From: an uncultured Prolixibacteraceae bacterium
Lineage (GTDB): Bacteria; Bacteroidota; Bacteroidia; Bacteroidales; FEN-979
Direction: 5' to 3'
Assembly: GCA_964455285.1 (NCBI GenBank)
Contig: CAYVVG010000007.1
Coordinates: forward strand, 1,751-65,750
Length of the DNA stretch: 64,000 nucleotides
The notes below the pieces were generated by a model, which saw only the letters and a list, made by a program, of their open reading frames with translations, made no database searches and was not told where the DNA came from. A program made the position numbers and the translations under genes. Shown piece by piece: positions 36,701-45,449 of this stretch; position 1 is the first letter of the stretch, and every line of letters starts with the position of its first letter.

Positions 36701-37752
36701 TTAACGGCAGCGACCTTTTTGAAACCGGCCGGGGGTATCTGGCTGCCTACCAGCAGGCCGGGGTGAAGGTCTTCAGGGGATTGCTGCATGCGGAAGATGT
36801 GGCCATCGGTGGGCTGACCCGGACCGGGGTCCCGGCCGACTACCGGGGCTGGCACCTGCTGGGTAATCCCTTCCCCTGTGCCCTTGCATGGTACACGGGG
36901 TGGGAGGTGGTGAACCTGGGAGGGGTGGCCCAGGTATGGAACGAAGCGGGCCGCAGTTACACCCCCCGGAATCCCGGCGAGGTCATCCCGGCATGCAACG
37001 GGTTTATGGCCGAGGTGACCGGCGGGACCGGCTCGCTGGTCATCCCGGCTGCCGCAAGGATCTTCGACACCACGAGATGGTTCAAAGCGGAAAAGGTGCC
37101 GGTGTTGAAACTGCTTGCGCGGAGTCTCGACGAACCGTCGTTCCAGGAGTGCCAGTTGCGATTCGATCCGGGATCCGATTCCGGCTATGATCCCTATTCC
37201 GACGGAAGGTTCCTGCCAGGTTATGCCCCGAAGCTCTACACGGAGGAAGAGGGTACAGCCCTGGCCGTGAACACCCGTCCCTTTCCCGAAGAGGATGTCG
37301 GGATCCCGCTCCATTTCGAGAAGAACAGGGGGTCCCGGTTCCGGATCGAGGCGACCTGGACGGGAAAGGCACCGGGGCAGGTGTTCCTCTCCGACCGGGT
37401 GACCGGACAGGAGCATGACCTGACGGTGGATCCGGAATATGCCTTTACGTCGGGCGACGGGGAGGAACCCGGCCGGTTTCTTCTCTCGTTCCGGGGCGGG
37501 GATTTGCCCGGGCCGGTGGATCCGGGTCACCGGGTAACGGTCACCGGCCGGACGATCGTGGCGACGGTGACCGACGACACCCGGGCGGAGGTCTTCTCGC
37601 TTTCGGGAGAGCGGCTGGTTCAACGTTACATCACCGGGCCGGGGTCCGGGCGACTGATTACGGAAGCGCCGGCCGGCTGGTATTTTGTAAAACTTACCTC
37701 GGCCGGGAGGACCGGTGTCATCCGGGTGCTGGTTGCGGGGTCACATCTTTAA
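33763..37752 (+). CDS. large secreted adhesin-like protein (fibronectin-III-like domains, probable T9SS CTD)
   Basis: The true start is taken at the ATG at 33763 (MKTLFLFIPAIAACVAVRGQ). The track start at 33523 translates the heptamer arrays. FN3-like TTIVFSNVQQTSMTVAWTPGNGEKRVVKIN...TYWFRAYEYNG. C-terminus ..AEVFSLSGERLVQRY...GWYFVKLTSAGRTGVIRVLV resembles a T9SS CTD but lacks the PNP motif. Confidence 0.85.
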   Translation: MKTLFLFIPAIAACVAVRGQVAAWDVYGLSFPVTAPATTWNPGLISAGGSSDLTRGPGAPASGGVNSFRTLGFQNNGISTSANDYFQVTLQPLPGYRLALATIDARLNGTSTFFASPGVTSQFAYSLDGVSFTLIGSPVQTTSLTLPQIDLSGITDLQNIYNGTTVTLRYYASGQTATGGWGFYSGSAGINGLAIGGTVEAAAITAPTQQATTIVFSNVQQTSMTVAWTPGNGEKRVVKINTADSFTPPADGTDPPANPVYIGTGEQVIYNYSGASVPSVTGLTAGTTYWFRAYEYNGSGTLTLYNTSSASGNPSAQAASATLLPPAIGAPSLTQLTPTSARLGGCITSGGGSPLLERGTVWSLATPVTLADHPMAEGGTDTGAFSHLRDTLPAASLIRFRAYARNPVGASLTSERSFYTPAFEPPAQVTGFDAVAAGTTGIELSWIPAAAGADGYLILMKTGTFASSGIPSDTIAYLPGSPLGDGTVAAVVTPGNASFASIAGLSPGTEYTFTIFPYAWDGIHPQTMNYLTQPPVPSAMAATNIPSVMIYHWTGATGTSWTAASNWSPARNVPAPNDRLIFDIGGAWTLSDIPVQTLGQMKIQSNTSVTLPGTATLTLAGDTGDDLVVEAGCQLNASGSGAIAISLSPGASGAIGGAMTFSGGGHRLLAASAGGIRFLQGSQFKAAAGFSGNPFGTSSLNSVVFDPGSVYLSLAGGNPFGATAPASVVVFQPGSLFRIDAYVVPSFGGRTYGDFEMNYAGLITATGSAAVSIGNFTATQGNFYFNVTGNPGHTIRGNIQVGHLGTLFFSPSSPGTVKFNGTSAQTISGAGSLMAGVHSTLLVSNPAGVTLNMQAQLQNLTIQAGARFTVAPAARLTVSGDLVNGAAATGLVVEPDGSLIHSTPGVEGTVKRTIGAADWGDWQDGWHFLASPVSGQPFDTSGGFIATGAGNDYDLYTWSEQDQLWVNHKNTGAPPLFTTVNGSDLFETGRGYLAAYQQAGVKVFRGLLHAEDVAIGGLTRTGVPADYRGWHLLGNPFPCALAWYTGWEVVNLGGVAQVWNEAGRSYTPRNPGEVIPACNGFMAEVTGGTGSLVIPAAARIFDTTRWFKAEKVPVLKLLARSLDEPSFQECQLRFDPGSDSGYDPYSDGRFLPGYAPKLYTEEEGTALAVNTRPFPEEDVGIPLHFEKNRGSRFRIEATWTGKAPGQVFLSDRVTGQEHDLTVDPEYAFTSGDGEEPGRFLLSFRGGDLPGPVDPGHRVTVTGRTIVATVTDDTRAEVFSLSGERLVQRYITGPGSGRLITEAPAGWYFVKLTSAGRTGVIRVLVAGSHL

Positions 37753-37763
37753 AAAGAATCAGG

Positions 37764-37997
37764 ATGAAAACTAGAAAGATCGTTTTGGGAATAGTGGTAC
37801 TTCTTTTGGCCGGAACTGCGGTGCCTGCCATGGCCGATCCTCCCTCCGAACCTCCTCCCATGCCGGGAAGTCACGGTTCGGGAGGGAATCAGGGTCCTTC
37901 CGGGGCCCCGATCGACGGCGGGTTGGGAATTCTCTTCCTGCTGGGAACGGTGTGGGCGGGAATGCAGATCAGGCAGGAGAGGAAGGAGCGACGGTAG
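37764..37997 (+). CDS. 77-aa secreted mini-protein ending in a PEP-CTERM-style sorting tail (P-I-D motif, TM helix, basic cluster)
   Basis: MKTRKIVLGIVVLLLAGTAVPAMA | DPPSEPPPMPGSHGSGGNQGPSGA | PID GGLGILFLLGTVWAGMQI RQERKERR. It starts 11 nt after the upstream stop. Confidence 0.6.
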   Translation: MKTRKIVLGIVVLLLAGTAVPAMADPPSEPPPMPGSHGSGGNQGPSGAPIDGGLGILFLLGTVWAGMQIRQERKERR

Positions 37998-38022
37998 GGA
38001 GTACGGGATGTATCCGATTGAT

Positions 38023-38030
38023 TATCTTTG
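38023..38030 (+). promoter_or_regulatory. candidate -7 box (TATCTTTG)
   Basis: Matches TAnnTTTG, 40 nt upstream of the TTG start at 38071. Confidence 0.3.
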
Positions 38031-38070
38031 CAGGGAATTTCGAAGATGATCCACCGATAAACCCGATACT

Positions 38071-39987
38071 TTGCCCGAACTGAACCGGCATTCCCGTAAA
38101 ATTTTCCTGCTGTTAGCGGTTCTCTTATTCCCGGCAGGCCGTATCCTGGCCGTCATTCCCCCGGGGTATTATAACAATGCGGCCGGGAAGACCGGGGAGG
38201 CACTCCAGGTAGCCCTTTACGACATCATCAAGGGGCACACGGTGATCAGTTATACGCCGGGTGTATGGAATGCATTTTATTCGACCGATAAAAAAGCCAA
38301 CGGCAAGGTGTGGGACATGTACACCGACATTCCCGGGGGCACCCCGGTGTACGAATATGATTTCGGTTCCGATCAATGCGGATCGGGCGGGGGAGGCACC
38401 GAGGGGGATTGCTACAGCCGGGAACACTCCTTCCCCAAGAGCTGGTTCAACGACGACCCGCCGATGAACACCGATCTTCATCATATTTTCCCGACCGACC
38501 AGTACGTGAACAACATGCACAGCAACTATCCCTTTGCCGAGGTGGCGACGGCCACCGCCACCTCTTCCAACGGCAGCAAGAAGGGAACCTGTGCCACCCC
38601 GGGTTACTCGGGTGTCGTCTTCGAGCCGATCGACGAATACAAGGGCGATTTCTCCCGGGCTTACTTTTACATGGCCACCCGGTACGAGAATGTCATCGCC
38701 ACCTGGTACGCCTACGATCCGATCGCCAATGCCGTGCTCGACGGAACCTCTTACCCTGCGTTTGAGACCTGGTACAGGGACCTTCTTCTGTCCTGGCATC
38801 AGCAGGACCCCGTATCGGCCAAGGAGATCGCACGCAACGACTCCATCTGGGAGATCCAGGGGAACCGGAATCCCTTCATCGATCACCCCGAATATGTGGC
38901 GGCGGTGTGGATGCCGTCGGGAACCTTACCCGAACCGTCGAACCATGTCACCGGATTTGCAGCCGCTCCCGGAACTCCTCCCTACAGCGCCATCAATCTG
39001 ACCTGGACGGATGCCACCGGAACCGTCGTTCCGGGAGGATACCTGGTGCGGGGCAGTGCGGTGGGATATTCTTCGATCGTACCCCCGGTCGACGGCATGC
39101 CGGTCTCCAACGGCGCATTGGATAAAAATGTGGGGGTGGGGGTCCAGGAATGCGCATTTACCGGATTGCTTGCTGATACGACCTACTATTTCAAGATATT
39201 TCCTTACACCAATGCCGGGACCGCGATCGATTACAAGACCGACGGTATTGTTCCGGCCGCCAGCCAGGCAACCAGCAGCGGGACCAGCGTGCTGCAGCCC
39301 AACGATATCGCCATTATCGAAGTGGCTTCGCTGACCACCGACAAGCTGTCGTTCGTAGTGCTGAACCAGTTGAATGCCGGCACGCAGATCCATTTTACCG
39401 ACAACGGGTACACAAGCTCTACCGCCGTTTACACCAACGAAGGTTCCATCAGCTGGACCGCGCCTGCGGTGATCACGCCAGGAACGGTAATATCGTGGTA
39501 TTACGGGATGAATGTCACAGGAACAGGATGGAGCACGGGTACTCCGGGTTCGTTCGCCTTAAGTACCAGCGGCGACCAGGTTTTTGCCTACCAGGGAACC
39601 TGGGGATCCGGCCACACCGTGATCTGCGGCGTGAATTTCGGAAACACGGGGTGGATCACTTCCGGTACCACCAACTCCAACACCTCCTATTTCCCGGCTG
39701 CCCTCACCGGCGAAGTCAATGCGCTTACCTTTCCGGAAAAGAACGGGTATTATAACCTGATCAGCACGGCCACCCCCGGGGCGCTCGGCAGCCTGGCCGC
39801 CAACTCCCTCAACTGGACCCGGAGTGCCCTGACACTGGCTACCCCGGCCTGGGCGTTCAGCGTGGGCATCGTCACCCATATCGACCTGGATGCAACGGTC
39901 TTCAATATGGAGGTGGGAACCGAAGAGATCCTTGCTGTTGACGAAGGAGTTTCATTTACGGTAACGGGGGATCTGACGATCCACTAA
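38071..39987 (+). CDS. extracellular endonuclease I family nuclease with FN3-like and C-terminal beta-rich domains
   Basis: Signal-like RKIFLLLAVLLFPAGRILA. YSREHSFPKSWFNDDPPMNTDLHHIFPTDQYVNNMHSNYPFAEV matches the endonuclease I active-site region. The TTG start is the only one preceding the signal peptide. Confidence 0.8.
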   Translation: MPELNRHSRKIFLLLAVLLFPAGRILAVIPPGYYNNAAGKTGEALQVALYDIIKGHTVISYTPGVWNAFYSTDKKANGKVWDMYTDIPGGTPVYEYDFGSDQCGSGGGGTEGDCYSREHSFPKSWFNDDPPMNTDLHHIFPTDQYVNNMHSNYPFAEVATATATSSNGSKKGTCATPGYSGVVFEPIDEYKGDFSRAYFYMATRYENVIATWYAYDPIANAVLDGTSYPAFETWYRDLLLSWHQQDPVSAKEIARNDSIWEIQGNRNPFIDHPEYVAAVWMPSGTLPEPSNHVTGFAAAPGTPPYSAINLTWTDATGTVVPGGYLVRGSAVGYSSIVPPVDGMPVSNGALDKNVGVGVQECAFTGLLADTTYYFKIFPYTNAGTAIDYKTDGIVPAASQATSSGTSVLQPNDIAIIEVASLTTDKLSFVVLNQLNAGTQIHFTDNGYTSSTAVYTNEGSISWTAPAVITPGTVISWYYGMNVTGTGWSTGTPGSFALSTSGDQVFAYQGTWGSGHTVICGVNFGNTGWITSGTTNSNTSYFPAALTGEVNALTFPEKNGYYNLISTATPGALGSLAANSLNWTRSALTLATPAWAFSVGIVTHIDLDATVFNMEVGTEEILAVDEGVSFTVTGDLTIH

Positions 39988-40439
39988 GCCGTACGGGAGA
40001 GCTGCCCTCTTTTTTCGAGTTCCAGCAGGCAGTTGTTCAGCTCATCTTCAATTTTTTTCCGGTTGATGGCCAGCCGGATGCTGACCAGCGCCTGGTGAAT
40101 GTCGAAAGGCTTGATCAGGAATGCGTGGGGGTTGGTCTCAAAAGCCTCCTCAAAGACATCGAGCTGGCTCATGCCCGTCAGGAATACCAGGGTAAAATTG
40201 AAATCCTGCCGGAGGATCCGGGCGGCTTCGATCCCGTTCATTTTACCGGCCAGGGAGATATCCATCAGGATGATCTGAGGGAGATCTTCGGGACGCCCGA
40301 TCGACCGGATGAATTCGATGCCCTCTTCCGCTTTCCGGAACAACGCGATCACTTCATAGCCGTGTTTCTGGATCTGCTGTTTCAGGTCGGTGGCGAGGAG
40401 GAATTCATCCTCGAAAATGATGATCTTCTGCGAAACCAT
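39984..40439 (-). CDS. single-domain response regulator (CheY-like receiver)
   Basis: KIIIFEDEFLLATDL...PQIILMDISLAGKMNGIEAARIL...LVFLTGMS. Its stop overlaps the convergent nuclease stop. Confidence 0.85.
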   Translation of the reverse strand: MVSQKIIIFEDEFLLATDLKQQIQKHGYEVIALFRKAEEGIEFIRSIGRPEDLPQIILMDISLAGKMNGIEAARILRQDFNFTLVFLTGMSQLDVFEEAFETNPHAFLIKPFDIHQALVSIRLAINRKKIEDELNNCLLELEKRGQLSRTA

Positions 40440-40454
40440 ACAACACCTTTACGG

Positions 40455-40462
40455 CAAATATA
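40455..40462 (-). promoter_or_regulatory. candidate -7 box (TATATTTG)
   Basis: The reverse complement of CAAATATA, 15 nt upstream of the ATG at 40439. Confidence 0.35.
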
Positions 40463-40511
40463 CGAAGAAATAATGCATAGTCAAGCAGAACGATCCTCTT
40501 CCTTTCCCGGT

Positions 40512-41309
40512 TCACCCTATTTCCTTCCCTGCATTCCTGCACAGGAACCAGATACGAGCGGCTTTGGCCAGAAGGTCGAGGTGATCGAAGGCCTCCGGGA
40601 GATCGTTGCCGACGGCCATGCATCCGTGCCGTTCCCAGATCACGGCCTTGCGGTTTCCGAATCCCTGCAGGGTCGCGGCTGCCAGGCTTTCGCTTCCCGG
40701 CAGGTCAAAAGGAATGAAACCGGCTCCTGCAGGAAGGAACATCCCGATCTCAGGATGCATCTTTTCCAGCATTTCGTTGATCGCGCTCTCCGACCGGAAC
40801 TCCGGCAGGTGGGTAAGGGCGATCAGTTCGGTGACATGGGCGTGAAGCACCGCCTTCTCCGCGGCCCCGGTACGGATCAGCATTTGCTGGATCGCAAGGT
40901 GGGTGGCCAGTTCGGAGGTGGGCCTGATCCCGACACCCTCCTGGTTCTCGCCGATGATGTGACAGGCGCCGCCCGATTCGCCCACATACACGAAACAGGT
41001 GAACAGGGGAGGATTCAGGGCCAGGTCCCTCATCCGCGAACCGGTTCCGCTTACCAGGAATACCTGCTTTTCCAGGCCCGGGTATTCGTGCGGGAGGGGA
41101 TGGACGGGGTAATTGGAAAAACGGTCGGTTTCCTTCGCGGTAAAGCACGGAGTGACGTTCACGGAGAAATTCCCGGCATTGCGTTCCGCCCATCCGCGTT
41201 CCCACAGGTACCGGGCCGTCGAAATCATACCGGCCACATAAGGTCGCAGCTCCTTCTTCCGAAACAGGTCGCCGGCAAGGTTGAGCAGGTTGTCGAGGTC
41301 AGGGATCAT
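40512..41309 (-). CDS. rhaD: class II aldolase, rhamnulose-1-phosphate aldolase-like
   Basis: GWAERNAGNFSVNV, VSGTGSRMRDL, PTSELATHL and LHAHVTELIALTH parallel, from memory, the E. coli RhaD motifs GWDERNGGNLT / TGSGKF / PTSELPAH / MHCHATNLIALT. The ATGA overlaps the tadA stop. Confidence 0.7.
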   Translation of the reverse strand: MIPDLDNLLNLAGDLFRKKELRPYVAGMISTARYLWERGWAERNAGNFSVNVTPCFTAKETDRFSNYPVHPLPHEYPGLEKQVFLVSGTGSRMRDLALNPPLFTCFVYVGESGGACHIIGENQEGVGIRPTSELATHLAIQQMLIRTGAAEKAVLHAHVTELIALTHLPEFRSESAINEMLEKMHPEIGMFLPAGAGFIPFDLPGSESLAAATLQGFGNRKAVIWERHGCMAVGNDLPEAFDHLDLLAKAARIWFLCRNAGKEIG

Positions 41310-41764
41310 CGTCTTTTTTCTTTAAAGAAGCCGGTCAGGATGCGGCTGCACTCCGGTGCCAGCACGCCTCCGGCAACCTGGGTTTTCGGATGCAGCACCG
41401 GATGGCCGGTAAGGGTATACCCCCTTTTCTCGTCGGAGGCACCGTAGATCAAACCTCCCAGCTGGACCCAGAAAGAGGCCCCGGCACACATGACGCACGG
41501 TTCGAGGGTGACATACAGGGTGCATTCGCTGAGGTACTTGCCTCCCAGGAACGAGGCTGCCGCCGTGAAGGCCTGCATCTCGGCATGGGCGGTGGCGTCG
41601 TTCAGCGTTTCGGTGAGGTTGTGTGCCCGGGCAATGATGGTGCGGTTGCACACCACCACGGCACCCACCGGGACTTCGTCGCGCTGCAGGGCCTTTTCGG
41701 CCTCTTTCAGAGCCTCGTTCATGTAGTATTCAGGGGAGAAGAGAGGATAGGAGATGACCGCCAT
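41306..41764 (-). CDS. tadA: tRNA-specific adenosine deaminase
   Basis: EVPVGAVVV..., HAEMQAF, and TLEPCVMCAGA (CDA zinc motifs H-A-E and PC-x-x-C). Confidence 0.9.
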   Translation of the reverse strand: MAVISYPLFSPEYYMNEALKEAEKALQRDEVPVGAVVVCNRTIIARAHNLTETLNDATAHAEMQAFTAAASFLGGKYLSECTLYVTLEPCVMCAGASFWVQLGGLIYGASDEKRGYTLTGHPVLHPKTQVAGGVLAPECSRILTGFFKEKRR

Positions 41765-41779
41765 GCCGTATCAGTTTGA

Positions 41780-44560
41780 CTAGTAAAGCACTACTTTGTT
41801 CGTCATAACCGGGTTTCCGGCAGCCGACACGGATACAAGGTAGTTTCCCTTCGGCAGGGATTCCAGATTGATCGAACGGCGGAAAAGGCCGGCGGCTGCC
41901 ATCGCGTCGACACCCTGAACGGTTTTTCCCGTTAAATCGGTCACCGTGATCACGACCCGTCCCGTCGTGGGGATATTTGTCGTGATGAAGACCCTCCCTT
42001 GCGAGGGATTCGGATAAACCCCCGGGGAACTTACAGCCGGTTCTTCCTTTCCCGAGATCACATCCCAGGTCATGGTGAACAGTCCGCGCCCATGGGTCGC
42101 CGCCAGCACCGTGTTGTCGGATTCCCTCACCCGCAGCATATCGACGCGCACGTTGGCCATGCCGTCGTTGTGCGGGAACCATTTCACGGGCACTTCGCCC
42201 GGGTTGGCGCATTCCCATACGCCGGTCTCGGTGGCCAGCAGGACCTGGCGGTCGTTTTGCGGGTGGAAGATCGCCCACCGTACCGGCATGTCGGGGAGAT
42301 TTCCTTCGATCTCCTGCCAGTTCTGCCCGCCGTCGGTGGTCAGCCACACCGAAGAAACGCCGTAATTGGAGAAGGTGACCAGCAGGGTGTTTTCCGATTG
42401 GCCGGTTTCGACACAGGAGATGGAGGCAGCCGGGAAGTTGTTTCCCCCGATCTCGGTGACTGCCGGCGAGTTGCTTTGTGCTTCGCGGACCACGAAAAGC
42501 CGTCCCGATTCGGTGCCCAGGAAGAGGGTCGATTTTCCGTCGGGGCTGAAGGGCGATAATTTCAGGGCGGTGAAGATGACCTGCGTGCCGGTGTTGAGAT
42601 TGACATAAGTGCCTGTGGGGTTGCTTTCCAGGTTTTCGAGTCGGAGGAGCCGGTCGCTGTGGTTGCCCAGGTAATCGACCGGGTTGCAGTAAAGGATCTT
42701 CAGCCGGGGGTCGTAATCGGCCGGGCTCACGAAGGTGCCGCTGGACCAGTTGCTGACATTGTTGATGAAGGCGCCGTTGCGGAAGAGGTAGTAGTTGTTG
42801 TAATAATACGAGGTCATTGTGAAAGCCGGGTCGTCTGCATCGAAAAAGCAGTAAGCCCCGTCGCCTCCGCACACCATGTCGTTGATGGTGAGCGGGGTGC
42901 CGGTGTAAAAGAGGGTCCCGTTGTCCTGGAGTCCCCCGTAGTAGTATTCCGTTCCCGCTTCGGGGTGGATGGCGCAGGTATAGAACTGGAGCGTGGAGTA
43001 TCCGTTATTTCTTTCCTCAAAGTCAGGGTAGGGGATATTTCCCAGGGAGGTGAAAAATACACCTCCGTCGGTGGCGAAGAGGATCTCAGAGGATGAGCCC
43101 GGCTTGTAAACGATGGCATGCTGGTCGGCATGGATATACATTGTTCCGCCTCCGGCGTACATCAGCGACCAGTCGCTCACCCGGGTCCAGGAGGATCCGC
43201 CGTTCGACGAAAGATGTACGTCGAGCCCGCCGATGTAGAGCCGGTTGGCATTGTTGGGATCGACCGCGATATCCAGTGCATGCCAGGCGATGGTGGCGAA
43301 ATTGTTTCCCGAGGTGAGGTCGGAAGGAAGGCTTTTTTTCGTCCAGGAAGCACCCCCGTTGGCAGAGCGCAGGATGTGGTAGCAGTTGAAATAGTTGAAC
43401 CCGTTGACGGAGTTGACATACCCGCTGGCGATGAGGGCGTAGACAATACCGGAGTCGGAAGGTGCCGGCGCGAGCACCACGCGGCCGGGAATGTTGTTGG
43501 CGCTGCCCAGGATCTCGGCCTGGTAAGTGGTGTTGGCAGTCCAGGTGAGGCCGTCGCCGGAGGTGAGGATCACCGCGCCTCCTTCGCCGTCGAGGTTCGG
43601 ACGGGTGCCGACGTACAGCCGGTTGTCTTTTCCGAGGGCGATGTCGGAGACGCAGTAGGGGACGGTCGAGCCGGGGATGAGGGGCAGCACCTGCGTCCAG
43701 GTGGCGCCGCCGTCGGCCGAACGGAAGAGTCCGTCGGAGGGCTGGCTTTGATGCTGGCTTCCCTTGTAGAGCCCCGAGGCGACCCCGGCGTAGATCACGC
43801 CGATGCCGTTTTCAGGGCGCACCACGAGGTCGGTCACGTAGGCGAATTGTTCGGTTCCGGCGACATGGTACCAGGTCTGCCCGCCGTCGTCGGACCGGCC
43901 GATGCCGTAGCCCAGCCCCGAGCTCTCGCGGTAGGTCTCCATGGCGGTCTCCACCTCGCCGGTACCCACAAAGAAAGTCTGGGTGTCGGTAGGATCATAG
44001 GCCAGGCACCGGATGGCGAGGGTGCTCCAGAAATCGCCCACGGGAATCCAGGCACTCTGGGCGTTGGTGATATCGTTGTTGTACCAAAGTCCGCCGGTCA
44101 CCCCGCCGGCCCACACTTTCTTTTTGGCCGGATCGTTGGGGTCGTACATGAGGGCCCGGGTGCGGCCGCCCATGTCGGAGGGATAGCCCTGCCACAGGAT
44201 CGACCGGGTGCTTTTCAGCGAGGAGAGGGCCCGGGTTTCCTCGATGGCTTTGACCATCCGTTCGCGCGGAACGGTCCCGGTGGCGGGGTCGAAGGTCATG
44301 AGGAAATCGTGGAAGGCGGCCATCCCGGGTTCGTCGGTACGCCGGGGGTCGCGGTTTTTCTCGTATTTATAAGGGCCGCGGGCGTTGATCTGTTTCAGCA
44401 GCTGTTCCTGCTGGCTGCGTTTTGCTCTGGCTTCCCGTTCTTTCCGGGTGAACAGGTAATACCCGCCGCTGAGGATCAGCCAGGCGGCCAGGCCGGGGAG
44501 CACGACGCGGGTGAGGAAGAAGGTGATATTTTTTTTCATACTGGAGGGGTGGAAATGCAA
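41780..44560 (-). CDS. T9SS-secreted BNR/Asp-box repeat (sortilin/VPS10-like) protein
   Basis: Asp-boxes SDDGGQTW, SADGGATW, SANGGASW, SSNGGSSW, TTDGGQNW. CTD GVYPNPSQGRVFITTN...GNYLVSVSAAGNPVMTNKVVLY. Confidence 0.85.
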   Translation of the reverse strand: MHFHPSSMKKNITFFLTRVVLPGLAAWLILSGGYYLFTRKEREARAKRSQQEQLLKQINARGPYKYEKNRDPRRTDEPGMAAFHDFLMTFDPATGTVPRERMVKAIEETRALSSLKSTRSILWQGYPSDMGGRTRALMYDPNDPAKKKVWAGGVTGGLWYNNDITNAQSAWIPVGDFWSTLAIRCLAYDPTDTQTFFVGTGEVETAMETYRESSGLGYGIGRSDDGGQTWYHVAGTEQFAYVTDLVVRPENGIGVIYAGVASGLYKGSQHQSQPSDGLFRSADGGATWTQVLPLIPGSTVPYCVSDIALGKDNRLYVGTRPNLDGEGGAVILTSGDGLTWTANTTYQAEILGSANNIPGRVVLAPAPSDSGIVYALIASGYVNSVNGFNYFNCYHILRSANGGASWTKKSLPSDLTSGNNFATIAWHALDIAVDPNNANRLYIGGLDVHLSSNGGSSWTRVSDWSLMYAGGGTMYIHADQHAIVYKPGSSSEILFATDGGVFFTSLGNIPYPDFEERNNGYSTLQFYTCAIHPEAGTEYYYGGLQDNGTLFYTGTPLTINDMVCGGDGAYCFFDADDPAFTMTSYYYNNYYLFRNGAFINNVSNWSSGTFVSPADYDPRLKILYCNPVDYLGNHSDRLLRLENLESNPTGTYVNLNTGTQVIFTALKLSPFSPDGKSTLFLGTESGRLFVVREAQSNSPAVTEIGGNNFPAASISCVETGQSENTLLVTFSNYGVSSVWLTTDGGQNWQEIEGNLPDMPVRWAIFHPQNDRQVLLATETGVWECANPGEVPVKWFPHNDGMANVRVDMLRVRESDNTVLAATHGRGLFTMTWDVISGKEEPAVSSPGVYPNPSQGRVFITTNIPTTGRVVITVTDLTGKTVQGVDAMAAAGLFRRSINLESLPKGNYLVSVSAAGNPVMTNKVVLY

Positions 44561-44753
44561 AAATACGCGGTTTCTCGCATGTCGGGAGCAACGGCATATT
44601 CATAAATTTATACACATCTCAAAGATCATTTTTTCGCCATTCCCCCAGCTCCAGAAGGAACAGATGAACAATCGATTAACGAACTTTGATTTCAGATCGA
44701 AATTACTTCATAATTCCAAGATTCCTGCCTGCCGGTTACACTGCCGCAGACAG

Positions 44754-45449
44754 TCAGGATGCGGCAAAGTGGTCCTGCAGCCATCCTTCCAGATCTTCGA
44801 TCGAATATGCGTCGCGCAGGTGATAGGGGCCGATGCGGGTGCGGCAGAGGGCGGTGAGGTGGGCGCCGCAGCCGAGGTATTCGCCGAAGTCGCGGGCCAG
44901 CGCCCGGATGTAAGTTCCCTTGCTGCAGGCGATGCGGAAATCGACGTCGGGCAGTTCGAACCGGGTGATCTCGAAGGCGCTGACGGTGACCTGCCGGGGT
45001 TTGATCTCCACGGCGATATCCTTCCTGGCCGCGGCGTAGGCCCGTTTTCCATCCACCTGGATGGCGGAGAACTGCGGCGGCACCTGGTCGAAGGTGCCGG
45101 TGAAGTGGCGGGCGGCGTCGGTGAGGTCCCCCCACCCCGTCAGGGGGTAGGTGCGGTCGATCTCCGTCTCGAGGTCGAACGACGGAGTGGTCGCCCCCAG
45201 CCGGAAGGTGCCGGTGTACTCCTTCTCCAGCCCCTGGAACTCCCCGATGCGCTTGGTGAAACGCCCGGTGCATAGGATCAGCAGCCCGGTGGCAAGCGGA
45301 TCGAGGGTGCCGGCGTGGCCGGTCTTCAGCTTCCGGATGCCGGCATGCTGCCTGACGAGGCTGCGGAATTTTCCCACCACATCAAAAGAGGTCCAGCGGT
45401 AGGGTTTGTTCACCAGCAGGATCTCGCCCGATTCGAGGTTCAGCTCCAT
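44754..45449 (-). CDS. truB: tRNA pseudouridine(55) synthase
   Basis: Start at the ATG at 45449 ([25 protein letters not shown]). GHAGTLDPLATGLL catalytic Asp motif. It overlaps the uppP stop by 1 nt (TGATG). Confidence 0.9.
   Translation of the reverse strand: MELNLESGEILLVNKPYRWTSFDVVGKFRSLVRQHAGIRKLKTGHAGTLDPLATGLLILCTGRFTKRIGEFQGLEKEYTGTFRLGATTPSFDLETEIDRTYPLTGWGDLTDAARHFTGTFDQVPPQFSAIQVDGKRAYAAARKDIAVEIKPRQVTVSAFEITRFELPDVDFRIACSKGTYIRALARDFGEYLGCGAHLTALCRTRIGPYHLRDAYSIEDLEGWLQDHFAAS

Noticed and set aside
36199-37623. 474-aa minus-strand ORF inside the 1329-aa adhesin-like gene, with 33850..34425, 34797..35495 and 35658..36449
   Set aside because: Same GC-driven artefact. There is no signal peptide or domain motif, and the sense frame is continuous for 4 kb.
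43118-44605. 495-aa plus-strand ORF and the 380-aa ORF at 41730..42872 overlapping the BNR-repeat gene
   Set aside because: The sense frame carries five Asp-boxes and a T9SS CTD. The alternative frames are Gly/Arg/Pro-rich with no motifs.
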